This document shows positions 48,808 to 59,543 of a stretch of 64,000 nucleotides of DNA, piece after piece. A program made the position numbers and the translations under genes. Numbering within the stretch: the first letter of the stretch is position 1; every line of letters starts with the position of its first letter. The stretch is from Deferribacterales bacterium (GTDB taxonomy: Bacteria; Chrysiogenota; Deferribacteres; Deferribacterales; Geovibrionaceae), in NCBI GenBank assembly GCA_050253335.1, contig JBFWJG010000005.1:1585-65584 (forward strand). The letters are read 5' to 3'. The notes beneath the pieces were generated by a model that saw only the letters and a program-made list of their open reading frames with translations, searched no databases and was not told the DNA's origin.

Positions 48808-49656
48808 ATGAATACTGTCTATATATCCGCTGTCCTTTTTGCCGCTGCCGCTGCCGCATCGTATATTCTGCCCCAGCTTCCCGGCGGGAACAACCATGTC
48901 ATCCTTACGCTGCTTGTGTGTCTGACAGCTTTTTCGGCCGGATTCGGCTGGTGGCGTGCTAAAAAGAACCGCATGAGGGAAGAGGAACTCAGCGGAATGA
49001 TTCTGCGTGAGGAGAAGCGCACCGTTGGCAGGTTCCTGATCCATGAGTGGCGTGGGCTTATCCAGAATATCGGCATTCAGGCGGAGATGATGGAGCGTGC
49101 CGAGAACATGGAGGGCGTTAGGGTAAACTGCGGCGTTATAAGGAAAATTCTTCGTGAAGAGGCTGAGAAGACAGACAGAGCCGAGTTTTATTTCCGCAAG
49201 GACGGCACAAGTATGAAGAAATCCTCAAAAGCTGTCCAGAAAGCCGTTTCGGATGCTGAGATTTTTCACGGGAAAAAAAGAGTAAAAGTTGTGTACAATA
49301 CAGCAAAAAAAGACCTTAAATCAGACTTTGACAAGCTTCATCCGTGCGTATTCTTCGCGCTGATGAACACTTTTTCCGCTGTTAAGGATAAGAACGGAAC
49401 CGTAACCCTCAGCGTGGCGGAAAGGGTTCTTGGATTTACCGAGTTTCTTGAGATATCTGTTGAGGGGGGCGAAATGCTTTTTGACAAGGAGACGGAAGAT
49501 CTCTTTCACCCATTCAATGTATCCCCTGATAAGTTCAGAGGATATTTCGGCCTTGCGACAGTGAGGAGGCTCGCCTCCGATATGGGCGGGTTTGCAGAAG
49601 TCGAACGGGGTATAGACAAAACATGCGTATATATCGTTATTCCGGTGGCTAAATGA
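48808..49656 (+). CDS. Membrane-anchored, degenerate histidine-kinase-like protein
   Basis: Two N-terminal TM segments; H-box-like LIHEWRG; F box LFHPF; altered N, G1 and G2 boxes. Confidence 0.7.
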   Translation: MNTVYISAVLFAAAAAASYILPQLPGGNNHVILTLLVCLTAFSAGFGWWRAKKNRMREEELSGMILREEKRTVGRFLIHEWRGLIQNIGIQAEMMERAENMEGVRVNCGVIRKILREEAEKTDRAEFYFRKDGTSMKKSSKAVQKAVSDAEIFHGKKRVKVVYNTAKKDLKSDFDKLHPCVFFALMNTFSAVKDKNGTVTLSVAERVLGFTEFLEISVEGGEMLFDKETEDLFHPFNVSPDKFRGYFGLATVRRLASDMGGFAEVERGIDKTCVYIVIPVAK

Positions 49657-52493
49657 CGGAAAAATTTGAAAAAACAGTTCAGAGGATTAACCATCCGGAC
49701 AGAAATGATCTCGCCGCAGTATTCAGGCACTCCGTCTTTATTGCCGACTGGCTTGAGAAAAATCCAGAATATGCGGCAAAGGCTCTTGATTCGGCAAAAA
49801 CCGAGCGGAATGTGGACTCAATTCTCAATGACATTCTCACGCAGGATTTCCACGAACTGGATGAAGAGGCTCTGCTGAGGCATCTGCGACTTGTTAAAAT
49901 GACCGAGTACACCGCAATTGCCCTGAAAGATCTGGTTTACGGGGCGGATGTGAAGGATGTCACTGCGCACATATCCTCATTCGCCTCCGCTTCGCTTGAA
50001 GCGGCCTATAAGTACGCTTATTTCAAGGTAAGCCGGGAACTGGGTAGGCCGCAGGACGCGGAAGGCTCAAGGGTCGGCATGACTGTGATAGGGCTTGGCA
50101 AGCTGGGCGGGTGGGAGCTGAATTTCAGCTCTGACATAGACATAATGTATGTTTACGGCACGGAGATGGGCAGAACCGATGACAGCGGGGAGAAGGCTTC
50201 CGTGGAGAACCATGTTTTCTTTACCCGCGTTGCCGAGAAAGTGACCCACTACATAGGCACAAGAACGGCGGACGGCATCGTTTTTCGTGTGGATCTCCGC
50301 CTCCGCCCCGACGGAGACAGAGGCGCGATAGTTCTTCCTGTCAGAAGCTGTGAGATATATTACGAATCATACGGGCAGGGCTGGGAGAGGATGATGCTTC
50401 TCAAGGCGAGACCCGTAGCGGGGGACAAACGCACCGGAGCGGAATTTCTCCGCGCGGTTAGGCCGTTTGTCTTCAGGCGCAGTCTGGATTATAAGCTTCT
50501 GGACGAACTGAAAAGCATAAAACAGAAGATAGACCGCCGAGAAGAGATAAGGGGGAACAGGAATGTCAAACTGGGCTACGGCGGCATAAGGGAGATAGAG
50601 TTTGTTGTTCAGGCTTTTCAGATTCTCTATTATCCGAAATTCCCTGAGATTTACCACCCCTCGACTCTGGACGGAATAGACCTGCTTGTGAAATTCGGCC
50701 AGCTTGAGGCGCAGGCCGGGGAGAGACTGAAGGACGAATACCGCTTTCTGCGCAGGCTGGAGCACATGGCGCAGATTGAGAACGAGAAGCAGACCCACGT
50801 GATCCCCGAGGACAGCCCCGTCTTTCCGCTTTATCTTGAGCGGTGCGGTTTTGACTGTGCTGAAAAGTTTAATGAAAAATTCACCGAAACCACAAGGTTC
50901 GTCCATAAGGTTTTCTCCGGGATCTTCAAAGAGCACGAAGCTCCGGACGCTTCCTCCCTTATCTTTGACAAAGAGCTTGAACAGGAGGAAGTGGCAAGGA
51001 TAATACAGGACAAAGGGATCAGGGACGCCGTCAGGTGTTCGTCTATAATAAAAGACATACTTCAGGGGCGGAAAAACACCATACGCACGCCGGAGGAGAT
51101 CCGTATTATCGAGATGGTGCTCACCCGTGTTCTGGAGCATCTGCCGGAGAGGACGGATCCGGCGGGAACCCTGCTGAATTTTGAAAAGCTTCTCTCGCAC
51201 CCGACCACTGTTTATCTGCTTCAGGACATCATAACCGGAGCACCTGCTATTCTGGACAAGCTGGAGAATATTTTCTCCTTCAGCCGCTATATGTCCGACC
51301 AGATAATAAGCGACCGCACGCTTCTGGATTATATATACGATCCCAAAGACCCCGACTTCAAAAGCGGCTTTATCCGCCTTGACTACCATGAGCGCACAAA
51401 CAAATACACGGGCGATACGGAATACATAATGGAGATAGCCCGCCAGCGGCACAAAGCTTATATTTTCAACGCAGGCTATGCCTTCCTCAACGGAACCCTG
51501 AACGTGATCCACACCATGAAGGCGCTTACGGAACTGGCCAAGGGCACAATACAGTTCGCTGTGGACGCCGTGTATGATCAGGTTGCCGCCAGATACGGAA
51601 GGCCAATGACCGCAGACGGCAGGATATGCGATTTCCTCGTTGTGGGAATGGGTAAGCTCGGGAGCTATGAGATGAGCTTCGGCTCCGATCTGGACATTAT
51701 TTTCCTTTACGAGGAGAACGGGCGGACAGACGGCAAAAACTCTATAACCAACATGGAGTTTTTCACCAAAGTGCTCCAGAGGGCAATATCCTTTCTCAGC
51801 TCATATACCACAAACGGCATTCTTTATAAGATAGATACGAGACTCCGCCCCAGCGGTTCCAGCGGAACTTTGGTGACAAGCCTTCCCGCCTTCAGGGAGT
51901 ACCAGCTCAAAGAGGCGATGACATGGGAAAAGCAGGCACTGGCACGTTCAAGCGTGGTCAATGCGGATTCGCCTCTCAGCGGCAAATTTGATGAAATTAA
52001 GACCGAGTGCCTTTTCAGTTCACCTTTGGGAAAAGAAAGGATAAAAGATATAAAGGAAATGCGCGCAAGGATAGAGACGGAAAAAGGCTCGCCCCCTGAA
52101 AAGAATGATATAAAGGCGGGCTATGGAGGAATGCTGGACATAGAGTTTGCGGTGCAGATGCTCCAGCTTCTGACCGGACACGAGGATGAGAATGTCCGCA
52201 ATCCCAACACCCATGACGTGATGGTTCATCTAAAGGACAAGGGTTTTATAAAGGACAGGGACTATTACGCCCTGCACGACAGCTATCATTTCTACAGAAC
52301 ACTGGAAAATGTTCTGAGGATCTATGAGAATACATCAACATCAAAGCTTCCTTCCAATGAGGAGGTTCTGGCCAAGGCGGGGATGTTCTTCTGTTTTGAG
52401 AAAAATCCCGCGGAGTGTTTAAGCGAAAAATACGCATGGGTGCGCAAAAGCGTCCGTGCGGCCTACAACAGAGTTTTTGAGAGGTACATGTAA
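49653..52493 (+). CDS. glnE: Glutamine synthetase adenylyltransferase/deadenylylase
   Basis: Two NT domains: GLGKLGGWELNFSSDIDI, DLRLRPDG, KLGYGGIREIEF; GMGKLGSYEMSFGSDLD, DTRLRPSG. Confidence 0.95.
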   Translation: MTEKFEKTVQRINHPDRNDLAAVFRHSVFIADWLEKNPEYAAKALDSAKTERNVDSILNDILTQDFHELDEEALLRHLRLVKMTEYTAIALKDLVYGADVKDVTAHISSFASASLEAAYKYAYFKVSRELGRPQDAEGSRVGMTVIGLGKLGGWELNFSSDIDIMYVYGTEMGRTDDSGEKASVENHVFFTRVAEKVTHYIGTRTADGIVFRVDLRLRPDGDRGAIVLPVRSCEIYYESYGQGWERMMLLKARPVAGDKRTGAEFLRAVRPFVFRRSLDYKLLDELKSIKQKIDRREEIRGNRNVKLGYGGIREIEFVVQAFQILYYPKFPEIYHPSTLDGIDLLVKFGQLEAQAGERLKDEYRFLRRLEHMAQIENEKQTHVIPEDSPVFPLYLERCGFDCAEKFNEKFTETTRFVHKVFSGIFKEHEAPDASSLIFDKELEQEEVARIIQDKGIRDAVRCSSIIKDILQGRKNTIRTPEEIRIIEMVLTRVLEHLPERTDPAGTLLNFEKLLSHPTTVYLLQDIITGAPAILDKLENIFSFSRYMSDQIISDRTLLDYIYDPKDPDFKSGFIRLDYHERTNKYTGDTEYIMEIARQRHKAYIFNAGYAFLNGTLNVIHTMKALTELAKGTIQFAVDAVYDQVAARYGRPMTADGRICDFLVVGMGKLGSYEMSFGSDLDIIFLYEENGRTDGKNSITNMEFFTKVLQRAISFLSSYTTNGILYKIDTRLRPSGSSGTLVTSLPAFREYQLKEAMTWEKQALARSSVVNADSPLSGKFDEIKTECLFSSPLGKERIKDIKEMRARIETEKGSPPEKNDIKAGYGGMLDIEFAVQMLQLLTGHEDENVRNPNTHDVMVHLKDKGFIKDRDYYALHDSYHFYRTLENVLRIYENTSTSKLPSNEEVLAKAGMFFCFEKNPAECLSEKYAWVRKSVRAAYNRVFERYM

Positions 52494-52494
52494 A

Positions 52495-53025
52495 GTGCTG
52501 AAGTTTTTGGCGGTTATAGACTATGAAACCTTCGGGGAGGACTATCTGAAGGTTGCAGAAAGGGTTGCGGACAGGGCGGAGATGATCTGGTTCCGCGCGA
52601 AGAACCTTACTGCGGCGGAAATCTATCAGAAAGCGGTGAAGATGCGGGAGCTTCTGCCGGATGCTTTTCTTATTTTATCTGAAAGACCGGATATCGCCGC
52701 CGCTGCCGGATTTGACGGTGTTCAGCTCAATGAGCGCACCCTCCCGCCGGAAACGGTGGAGCAGGTTTTTCCCGAGCTTATCACAGGATATTCAGCTCAT
52801 TCTCTGGAAGAGATTGTGAAAATTCAGGCGGATTTTTTCACCCTCAGCCCGATTTTCATGACCGACAAGCCTTACGAGGTCAACCCTCTGGGGGCGGTGG
52901 ATGTAACGGATACGGAGAAAAAGGTTTATGCTCTGGGCGGCGTTACGGCAGGCTCACTTCCGCTTCTGAGAGGGAAGGGCTACTACGGCTACGCCGGAAT
53001 CGGCATAATCAAAGGGATGATATAA
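52495..53025 (+). CDS. Thiamine-phosphate synthase-like (ThiE/TenI) protein
   Basis: FDGVQL, GYSAHS, LSPIF, YALGGV; GTG start just after glnE. Confidence 0.82.
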   Translation: MLKFLAVIDYETFGEDYLKVAERVADRAEMIWFRAKNLTAAEIYQKAVKMRELLPDAFLILSERPDIAAAAGFDGVQLNERTLPPETVEQVFPELITGYSAHSLEEIVKIQADFFTLSPIFMTDKPYEVNPLGAVDVTDTEKKVYALGGVTAGSLPLLRGKGYYGYAGIGIIKGMI

Positions 53026-53046
53026 CAGTTTTCAAACGATGATAAT

Positions 53047-53434
53047 AAACAGTTCCATGGAGGGAACTGCGCCGTGCGCAGCGAAGGGCGGTTTATCCGC
53101 CCGCGAGCGTGTATTCAAAATTTCCATGGACGGCAAATTTTGAATTATTAAGAAAAGACACTGCGCCGTGCGGAGCGAAGCCGCATTCATTGCGGCGCGA
53201 GCGTGTACATCAAACCGACAGGATGTGCGGTTTGATGTTGTTAAATGAGAGACTCTTCGCTTTGCTCAGAGTGACATTTCGGCTGGTCATTCTGAACGCA
53301 GTGAAGAATCTCAAACCGCTTTAATGTATATGATTCCAAACAGTTCCACGGAAGGAACTGCGCCGTGCGGAGCGAAGCCGCATTCATTGCGGCGCGAGCG
53401 TGTACATCAAACCGACAGGATGTGCGGTTTGATG
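53047..53434 (+). repeat. Modular palindromic repeat cluster C (5 GGA-loop hairpins)
   Basis: Units at 53047-53143, 53160-53238 and 53338-53434; 53161-53237 is identical to 53358-53434 over 77 nt; inverted 27-nt doublet at 53249-53275 and 53286-53312. Confidence 0.93.
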
Positions 53435-53437
53435 CCA

Positions 53438-54211
53438 TTAATAGAAGTGATTCACCGGCCCGTGGCCTCTGCCGATATTCATTGAATCCGCATGGCGTAT
53501 CGCCTCGGTGATATACCGCTTTGCCTCGAATGCCGCCTCTGTTATGTCATAATCCTTTGCAAGCCAAGCCGCCACAGCCGAGGCGAATGTGCACCCTGTT
53601 CCGTGGGTGTTGCGTGTTGCGACCCTCGGAGCATCCAGCCAGATAAACTCATTGCCGTCATACAGAAGATCACGGCTGTGCGAGCCTGAACCGTGCCCCC
53701 CTTTGAGGATGACATTTGCACATCCGAGTGCCCGCAGTTCCTTTGCCGCCTCCTCAAAATTATCTATGCTGTGCCCCAGAAGAACCTCCGCCTCCGGAAT
53801 ATTCGGCGTGATCACAAGCGCCAGCGGGATAAGGTTCTTCTTCACGGTTTCCACCGCCTCCTGACGGAGAAGAGGGCTTCCCCCCTTGGCCACCATAACC
53901 GGATCGACAACAAGCTTGCGCACACCGTATTTCTTCATGGCATCCGCGACAGTGAGAACGATTTCAGGGGAGGAGAGCATCCCTGTTTTCACGGCGTCCG
54001 CCCCCATATCCGCAAAAATCGCGTCTATCTGGGAATTTATTATGCTTAAAGGAAGGTCAAAAACATCCGTAACGCCCAGAGTGTTCTGCGCGGTGATGGC
54101 GGTGACTGCGCTCATGCCGAAAACACCGTTTGCGCTGAACGACTTAATATCCGCCTGAATGCCTGCGCCGCCGCCTGAATCGCTCCCTGCTATGGTTAGT
54201 GCCTTTTTCAT
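53438..54211 (-). CDS. thiD: Hydroxymethylpyrimidine/phosphomethylpyrimidine kinase
   Basis: ALTIAGSDSGGGAGIQAD, VDPVMV, ITPNIPEA, NTHGTGCT. Confidence 0.96.
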   Translation of the reverse strand: MKKALTIAGSDSGGGAGIQADIKSFSANGVFGMSAVTAITAQNTLGVTDVFDLPLSIINSQIDAIFADMGADAVKTGMLSSPEIVLTVADAMKKYGVRKLVVDPVMVAKGGSPLLRQEAVETVKKNLIPLALVITPNIPEAEVLLGHSIDNFEEAAKELRALGCANVILKGGHGSGSHSRDLLYDGNEFIWLDAPRVATRNTHGTGCTFASAVAAWLAKDYDITEAAFEAKRYITEAIRHADSMNIGRGHGPVNHFY

Positions 54212-57200
54212 GCCGCCCCTCCGCTGTACTGCTTTTTGCGCCAGCCGTTGCTGCGGCCGTTTCCGTTGTCCTGAAGCTCCTCGGTTTTCACTTTCACGTC
54301 GAAGCGTTTCTCGCCGAAAATATTTTCTATATCTTTAAAAAGTCCGAAGCTCGGCTTCACTCTGAAGTCGCTTCCGGCGCTCATCTTCACCACAAACTTC
54401 GATGGCATTTCCACCTCGAACATAACTGCCGCATCCCCCTGATGATCAGAGAGAAGCTGTCTCAGCCTGTGCATTCTCTCCTCTGAAAAAGCCACGGCGT
54501 TCAGTTTAATCACAACAGTTTCCGTGAGCTTTTCCACCGTTTCGTCAGCATCAAAAATCTCCTCCGCCTTGAAGCTCACACGGTCGTCTTTTTTACTCAC
54601 TCTGCCTTTTATGACAATTATTTTGTCCTCTTCCAGATAGCGGATGTTCTCCTGATACATCTTGGGGAAAACAAGCACATCCACCTCGCCCTGCATATCC
54701 TCAAGGGTTATGAATGCCATTTTCTCCTGCTTGGTCTTGGTGATGTGATGCTTCACAGCCTTCACCATTCCGCCTGCTATCGCGAAGGTGTCGTCATCCT
54801 TCTCCGCCAGGTCTTTAGAGGATACGGTAAATGTGTCCAGCACTGAGCTGTAGCGGGCAAGGGGGTGGTTGGTCACGTAAAAGCCCAGAACCTCTTTTTC
54901 GAAAACAAGAAGCTCATTCTCCGGCATCTCCTCGCATTCGGGGTAAAACTCGTCATTGCCGCCGTCCTCATCGTCATCTCCGGCATTGAGGAAATCCTCT
55001 ATGGACATTATCCCCTGCTCCTTCATCTTCTGCTTGCGCTGACCCTGTTCCAGAGCCTGCTCCAGAACCTGAAGGTGCTGTCTGCGGTTTTTGCCGAAGC
55101 TGTCCAGCGCCCCGGCTTTTATCAGCGATTCCAGAACCTTTTTGTTGGCGAGGCGGAGATCGATCCTCTCGCAGAGGTCGTAAATCGATGTATAGGGTCT
55201 TTCCTCTCTGTTCTGAACTATGGAGTCTATGGCGCTGAAACCCACGTTCTTTATGGCTCCCATGCCGAAGCGGATATTGCCGCTCTTTATACTGAAATCC
55301 TTCCCGCTCTCGTTTATGTCCGGCGGGAGGACAAGGATTCCCATCTTCTCCGTCTCTTCCTTGAAGGCGACAACCTTCTCCCCCTTGTCAAGTTCGCAGG
55401 AGAGGAGAGCGGCCATATATTCCACCGAATAGTTGGCCTTGAGCCACGCCGTCTGGTAGGCGACAATGGCATAAGCCGCTGAGTGGCTTTTGTTGAAGCC
55501 GTAGTCGGCGAATTTCTCCATTAGGTTGAAGAGCTCTTCGGCTTTTTCTTTTGTGAAGCCGCGCTTGATTGCGCCCTCCACGCCCATTTTCTCATCGCCG
55601 TTGATGAAAATATTCTTGTGCTCCTCCATCAGCGAGGCCTTTTTCTTGCCCATTGCACGGCGGAGAATATCCGCGTTGCCGAGGGAGTATCCGCCCACGA
55701 CCTGAGCAATCTGCATTACCTGTTCCTGATAGACGATAATGCCGTAAGTCTCTTTCAGTATAGGGACAAGCTCTTCCAGAGGATAGTCGATGACCTCCTC
55801 CCCGTGCTTTCTTTTCACGAATGAGTCAAGCATGCCGCTGCCTATGGGCCCCGGACGGTAAAGGGCAACGAGGGCTATAACGTCCTCTATGCATTCGGGG
55901 CGGAGCTTTTTCAGGAGGTTTTTCATCCCCTCGCTTTCAAGCTGGAAAACGCCTGTGGTGTCCCCCGCCGAAAGCATGTCATAGGTCTTCTGATCGCCGA
56001 GATCAAGCTTCTGCATGTCTATGTCTATGCCGTGAACGGCCTTTATGTTTTTCACCGCGCTGTCTATGATCGTAAGGTTTTTGAGGCCGAGGAAGTCGAA
56101 CTTGACAAGACCGACCTCCTCCAGCGTGTCCTTCTCGAACTGGGTAACAACCTCGTCATTCTGCCCCTTGCAGAGGGGAACATAAACGTCCAGCGGTTTA
56201 TCGCCGATGACTATCCCCGCTGCGTGCATCCCTGCGTTCCTCAGGAGCCCTTCCAACTTGCGGGCGTGCCGGAGTATATCTGTCCCTTTCTCTATCTCCG
56301 CAAAGGCGGATTCCAGATCGCTGTCAGCCTTAAGCGCCTTGTTTATGGTCATCCCCGGCGACTCGGGTATGGTTTTGGCAAGCTTATCCACATCTTTGAG
56401 CGGAACTTCAAGCACCCTTCCCACATCACGCACGGAGCCCCTTCCTAGAAGCTGGCCGAAGGTGATAATCTGCGCCACCCTGTCATCCCCGTATTTACGG
56501 CGGACGTACTTGATCACCTCTTCACGTCCGTTTACGCAGAAGTCTATATCGAAGTCGGGCATGGACTCCCTTTCCGGGTTGAGGAAACGCTCAAACAGCA
56601 GGTTGAAGCGGATCGGGTCTATATCCGTTATGCCGAGGGAGTAAGCCACGAGAGAACCGGCGCCTGACCCCCTTCCGGGGCCGACAGGTATCTTCTGAGT
56701 GTGAGCATAGTTTATGAAGTCCCACACTATGAGGAAATAGCCCGCAAAACCTTTCATAACAATGATTTTGAGTTCCGTCACGAGCCTGTCGTAATATTCC
56801 TGATGCAGATTTTCGGGCACATGGGCAAGCTTGCGCCTGAGCCCTTCCCTTGAAAGATGCTCAAGGTAGGAATCGATGCTGTAGCCTTCCGGCACATCAT
56901 ACTCCGGCAGGTGGAGATTGCCGAACTCAATGGAGCTTTCGCATCTTTCGGCTATTGTCAAAGTGTTGGTCAGCGCCTCAGGCACATCCCTGAACGAAGC
57001 CCACATCTCCTCCGGCGATTTCACCCAGAGCTGGTCTGTGTGGATCTCCATCCTGTTGGGAGAGCTGAGGAGAGACTGGGTCTGTATGCACATAAGCACC
57101 TCATGGGAGAGGTGATCGCCCTTGTCCAGATAGTGGCAGTCGTTTGTCGCAACAAGGGGAATGCCCATGTCCTTGGACATTTTCATAAGCTGTCTGTTTA

Positions 57201-57762
57201 CCTGCACCTGCTCCGGCAGACCGTTGTCCTGTATCTCGAGGAAGAAGTTTTCCTTGCCCAGAATGTCCCTGTAGGTTTCCGCGGTGCGGACAGCGTGGGG
57301 CAGGTCATTGCGCATTATGGCACGGGGGATCTCCCCCGCGAGGCAGGCGGAAAGGCCTATGAGCCCTTCGGAGTACTGCGCCAGAAGTTCCTTGTCTATC
57401 CTCGGTTTGTAGTGGAAACCCTCAAGCTGGGCTCTGGAAGCGAGAAAGCGGAGATTGGCAAGCCCCGTATTGTCTTTCGCCAGAAGGATGAAGTGGTGGT
57501 TTTTGTCCTCACCCTTCTCGTAGCTCTTGTTGAACCTCGTATCCGGCGCGACATAGACCTCACACCCGAGAATAGGCTTGAGTTCGGCCGCTTTTGCCTT
57601 TTTGTAGAAATCCACAATGCCGTACATTGTGCCGTGATCCGTCACGGCGACCGATTTACTGCCCTGCTCTTTTATCCTTTCCATGAGATCGGCGACTTTG
57701 ATCGCGCCGTCCAGAAGTGAATACTGTGTATGTAAATGAAGGTGAACAAATTCGTTTGCCAT
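54208..57762 (-). CDS. dnaE: DNA polymerase III alpha subunit
   Basis: FVHLHLHTQYSLLDG PHP domain, GRGSGAGS, MPDFDIDF, YGFNKSHSAAY; start moved to ATG 57762. Confidence 0.98.
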   Translation of the reverse strand: MANEFVHLHLHTQYSLLDGAIKVADLMERIKEQGSKSVAVTDHGTMYGIVDFYKKAKAAELKPILGCEVYVAPDTRFNKSYEKGEDKNHHFILLAKDNTGLANLRFLASRAQLEGFHYKPRIDKELLAQYSEGLIGLSACLAGEIPRAIMRNDLPHAVRTAETYRDILGKENFFLEIQDNGLPEQVQVNRQLMKMSKDMGIPLVATNDCHYLDKGDHLSHEVLMCIQTQSLLSSPNRMEIHTDQLWVKSPEEMWASFRDVPEALTNTLTIAERCESSIEFGNLHLPEYDVPEGYSIDSYLEHLSREGLRRKLAHVPENLHQEYYDRLVTELKIIVMKGFAGYFLIVWDFINYAHTQKIPVGPGRGSGAGSLVAYSLGITDIDPIRFNLLFERFLNPERESMPDFDIDFCVNGREEVIKYVRRKYGDDRVAQIITFGQLLGRGSVRDVGRVLEVPLKDVDKLAKTIPESPGMTINKALKADSDLESAFAEIEKGTDILRHARKLEGLLRNAGMHAAGIVIGDKPLDVYVPLCKGQNDEVVTQFEKDTLEEVGLVKFDFLGLKNLTIIDSAVKNIKAVHGIDIDMQKLDLGDQKTYDMLSAGDTTGVFQLESEGMKNLLKKLRPECIEDVIALVALYRPGPIGSGMLDSFVKRKHGEEVIDYPLEELVPILKETYGIIVYQEQVMQIAQVVGGYSLGNADILRRAMGKKKASLMEEHKNIFINGDEKMGVEGAIKRGFTKEKAEELFNLMEKFADYGFNKSHSAAYAIVAYQTAWLKANYSVEYMAALLSCELDKGEKVVAFKEETEKMGILVLPPDINESGKDFSIKSGNIRFGMGAIKNVGFSAIDSIVQNREERPYTSIYDLCERIDLRLANKKVLESLIKAGALDSFGKNRRQHLQVLEQALEQGQRKQKMKEQGIMSIEDFLNAGDDDEDGGNDEFYPECEEMPENELLVFEKEVLGFYVTNHPLARYSSVLDTFTVSSKDLAEKDDDTFAIAGGMVKAVKHHITKTKQEKMAFITLEDMQGEVDVLVFPKMYQENIRYLEEDKIIVIKGRVSKKDDRVSFKAEEIFDADETVEKLTETVVIKLNAVAFSEERMHRLRQLLSDHQGDAAVMFEVEMPSKFVVKMSAGSDFRVKPSFGLFKDIENIFGEKRFDVKVKTEELQDNGNGRSNGWRKKQYSGGAA

Positions 57763-57833
57763 TTGGTAATACCGCCTTAGTGGTTTGAAAAACCCGCTTG
57801 CTTTGCGGATCAAAATTCAGTGATAATCACACT

Positions 57834-59543
57834 ATGCTACTACATAAAATCCGCATGTACAAGGTGGAAGGCTTCTTTTTTGCCTCTATTATTTCCGCTG
57901 TGCTGACAGCAGGTTATCTTTATGCGCAGATTGCGGCGGCGCTCCTTGTAACCGCTGTTTTCCTTTCACGGCGGATGTTTGCGGCAATAGGTTTTCTTAT
58001 AATTTCCCTGATGCTCTTCATACATTTTACTGTGCTGGTAACGGCTGAGAAAGACCCCGGAAAGGAGCGCACCACATACGAAACCACCAGAGGCACGGTG
58101 CTTGCGGACAATGAATATGCCCTGCGGGCGGGGGAGGCGGTAATAGGCCGTTATGCCAAAGTGCCTTACCGCGGCAGGGAGGGGCGGCTTGCCCCGGGGT
58201 ATCTGGTGCTGGAGAAAGTGTATTTCCGCACGGAGCTTCCGCTGGTGTCCGCCGTGCTTGAAAAAAGGAAGGAACTCTCTGAAAAGATGTACGCCGAATC
58301 CGCAGGACGGCTGAGGATAATTCAGGCGCTTCTTCTCGGGGACAAGTCTCACCTTGAGGGGCGGGTGCAGGATGTCTATCTGCTCACGGGGCTGAGCCAC
58401 CTTCTGGCGGTATCGGGAACGCATGTGGGCGTGATAACTCTGATCTGCTTCTCACTGCTCTTTTTCCTGCCGCTGAAACTGCGCATGTTCGTCTCATGCT
58501 TCGCCCTTGCCGCTTTTGTGCCTCTGGCAGGGTTCAAGGTTCCGGTTATGCGCGCCGCCGTCACAGCGGTAACCGCCATGACAGCGTGGATTCTCGACTG
58601 CCGGACAGACTTCCGCAAGCTTCTGCTGTTTCTCTGGGGCTTCTTTCTTCTTGTCGCTCCGGGGCTTCTGGGGAATATTTCGTTTCTTTTGTCGTTTGCG
58701 GCGGTGTACGGCATAACCTCACTGAGGTTCAAGGGTTTAAGCTGGTTTGAGGGAACGATAAAGGCAGGCATAGCGGCAACGGCATTCACAATGCCTTTGT
58801 CCATGTACGTTTTCGGCACATTCAATCCCGCCAGCATTTTCAGCACGATCATAATGGTTCCCGTGGTATATCTCCAGCTTATCACAGGCTTTTTGTATAT
58901 GCTTTTTCCCTCTCTCACTCTTGAGCCTCTGGTTATGCTGGAAAAGCTCAATATATACACTTCAGACCTCATGGCTTCACTCACAGGGGTGTTCTTCGTG
59001 CTGAAAACTATGAGCCTGCATATCTTCATGCTTCTCATGCTCTTTCTTGCGGTCATTTCCCGCACAAGGCATGTTCTTCTCTCTGCGGCGGTATTTCTCG
59101 CCGTGTTCATCCCCGCGAAGGCTGAGGACGGACTGCACTTCCCCGAACTGGGGAGGTACAGGGCGTTCATTTACAAGGAGGGGGACAGGATCGAGGCGTT
59201 TTATTCCGGAATGCGCTCAAACTATCTCTATTCGTTTATCCCTTTTGCCGCAAAATTCGGTGTGACAAATTTTGACTACGCTGAGATAGAAATCTATGAC
59301 AGCGAAAACATTATTTTTACAAGCGCAGAAGCTCAGGGAGAATTTTCGAAGATTTGCGTGAATAATCCGGAATGCTTAAAACCCTTGATTTATATGACAA
59401 GATCGAACACCATAACAAAATCAAACATCAATGCCGAAAAAACCTATTTCCTCTATAAAAACAGGCTGAAAGCGGACAACATAGTGGAATTGTACGATTC
59501 AGCACCGCTGCACTACAGGCCGGAGGAAAGGACGGAAGAATGA
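57834..59543 (+). CDS. comEC: ComEC/Rec2 family competence protein
   Basis: ALLLGD, GLSHLLAVSGTHV, MRAA, SFLLSFAAV; start uncertain. Confidence 0.85.
   Translation: MLLHKIRMYKVEGFFFASIISAVLTAGYLYAQIAAALLVTAVFLSRRMFAAIGFLIISLMLFIHFTVLVTAEKDPGKERTTYETTRGTVLADNEYALRAGEAVIGRYAKVPYRGREGRLAPGYLVLEKVYFRTELPLVSAVLEKRKELSEKMYAESAGRLRIIQALLLGDKSHLEGRVQDVYLLTGLSHLLAVSGTHVGVITLICFSLLFFLPLKLRMFVSCFALAAFVPLAGFKVPVMRAAVTAVTAMTAWILDCRTDFRKLLLFLWGFFLLVAPGLLGNISFLLSFAAVYGITSLRFKGLSWFEGTIKAGIAATAFTMPLSMYVFGTFNPASIFSTIIMVPVVYLQLITGFLYMLFPSLTLEPLVMLEKLNIYTSDLMASLTGVFFVLKTMSLHIFMLLMLFLAVISRTRHVLLSAAVFLAVFIPAKAEDGLHFPELGRYRAFIYKEGDRIEAFYSGMRSNYLYSFIPFAAKFGVTNFDYAEIEIYDSENIIFTSAEAQGEFSKICVNNPECLKPLIYMTRSNTITKSNINAEKTYFLYKNRLKADNIVELYDSAPLHYRPEERTEE

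Noticed and set aside
54208-57762. Intein or frameshift in dnaE
   Set aside because: The frame is continuous at a normal length (about 1184 aa) with no intein splice or homing motifs.
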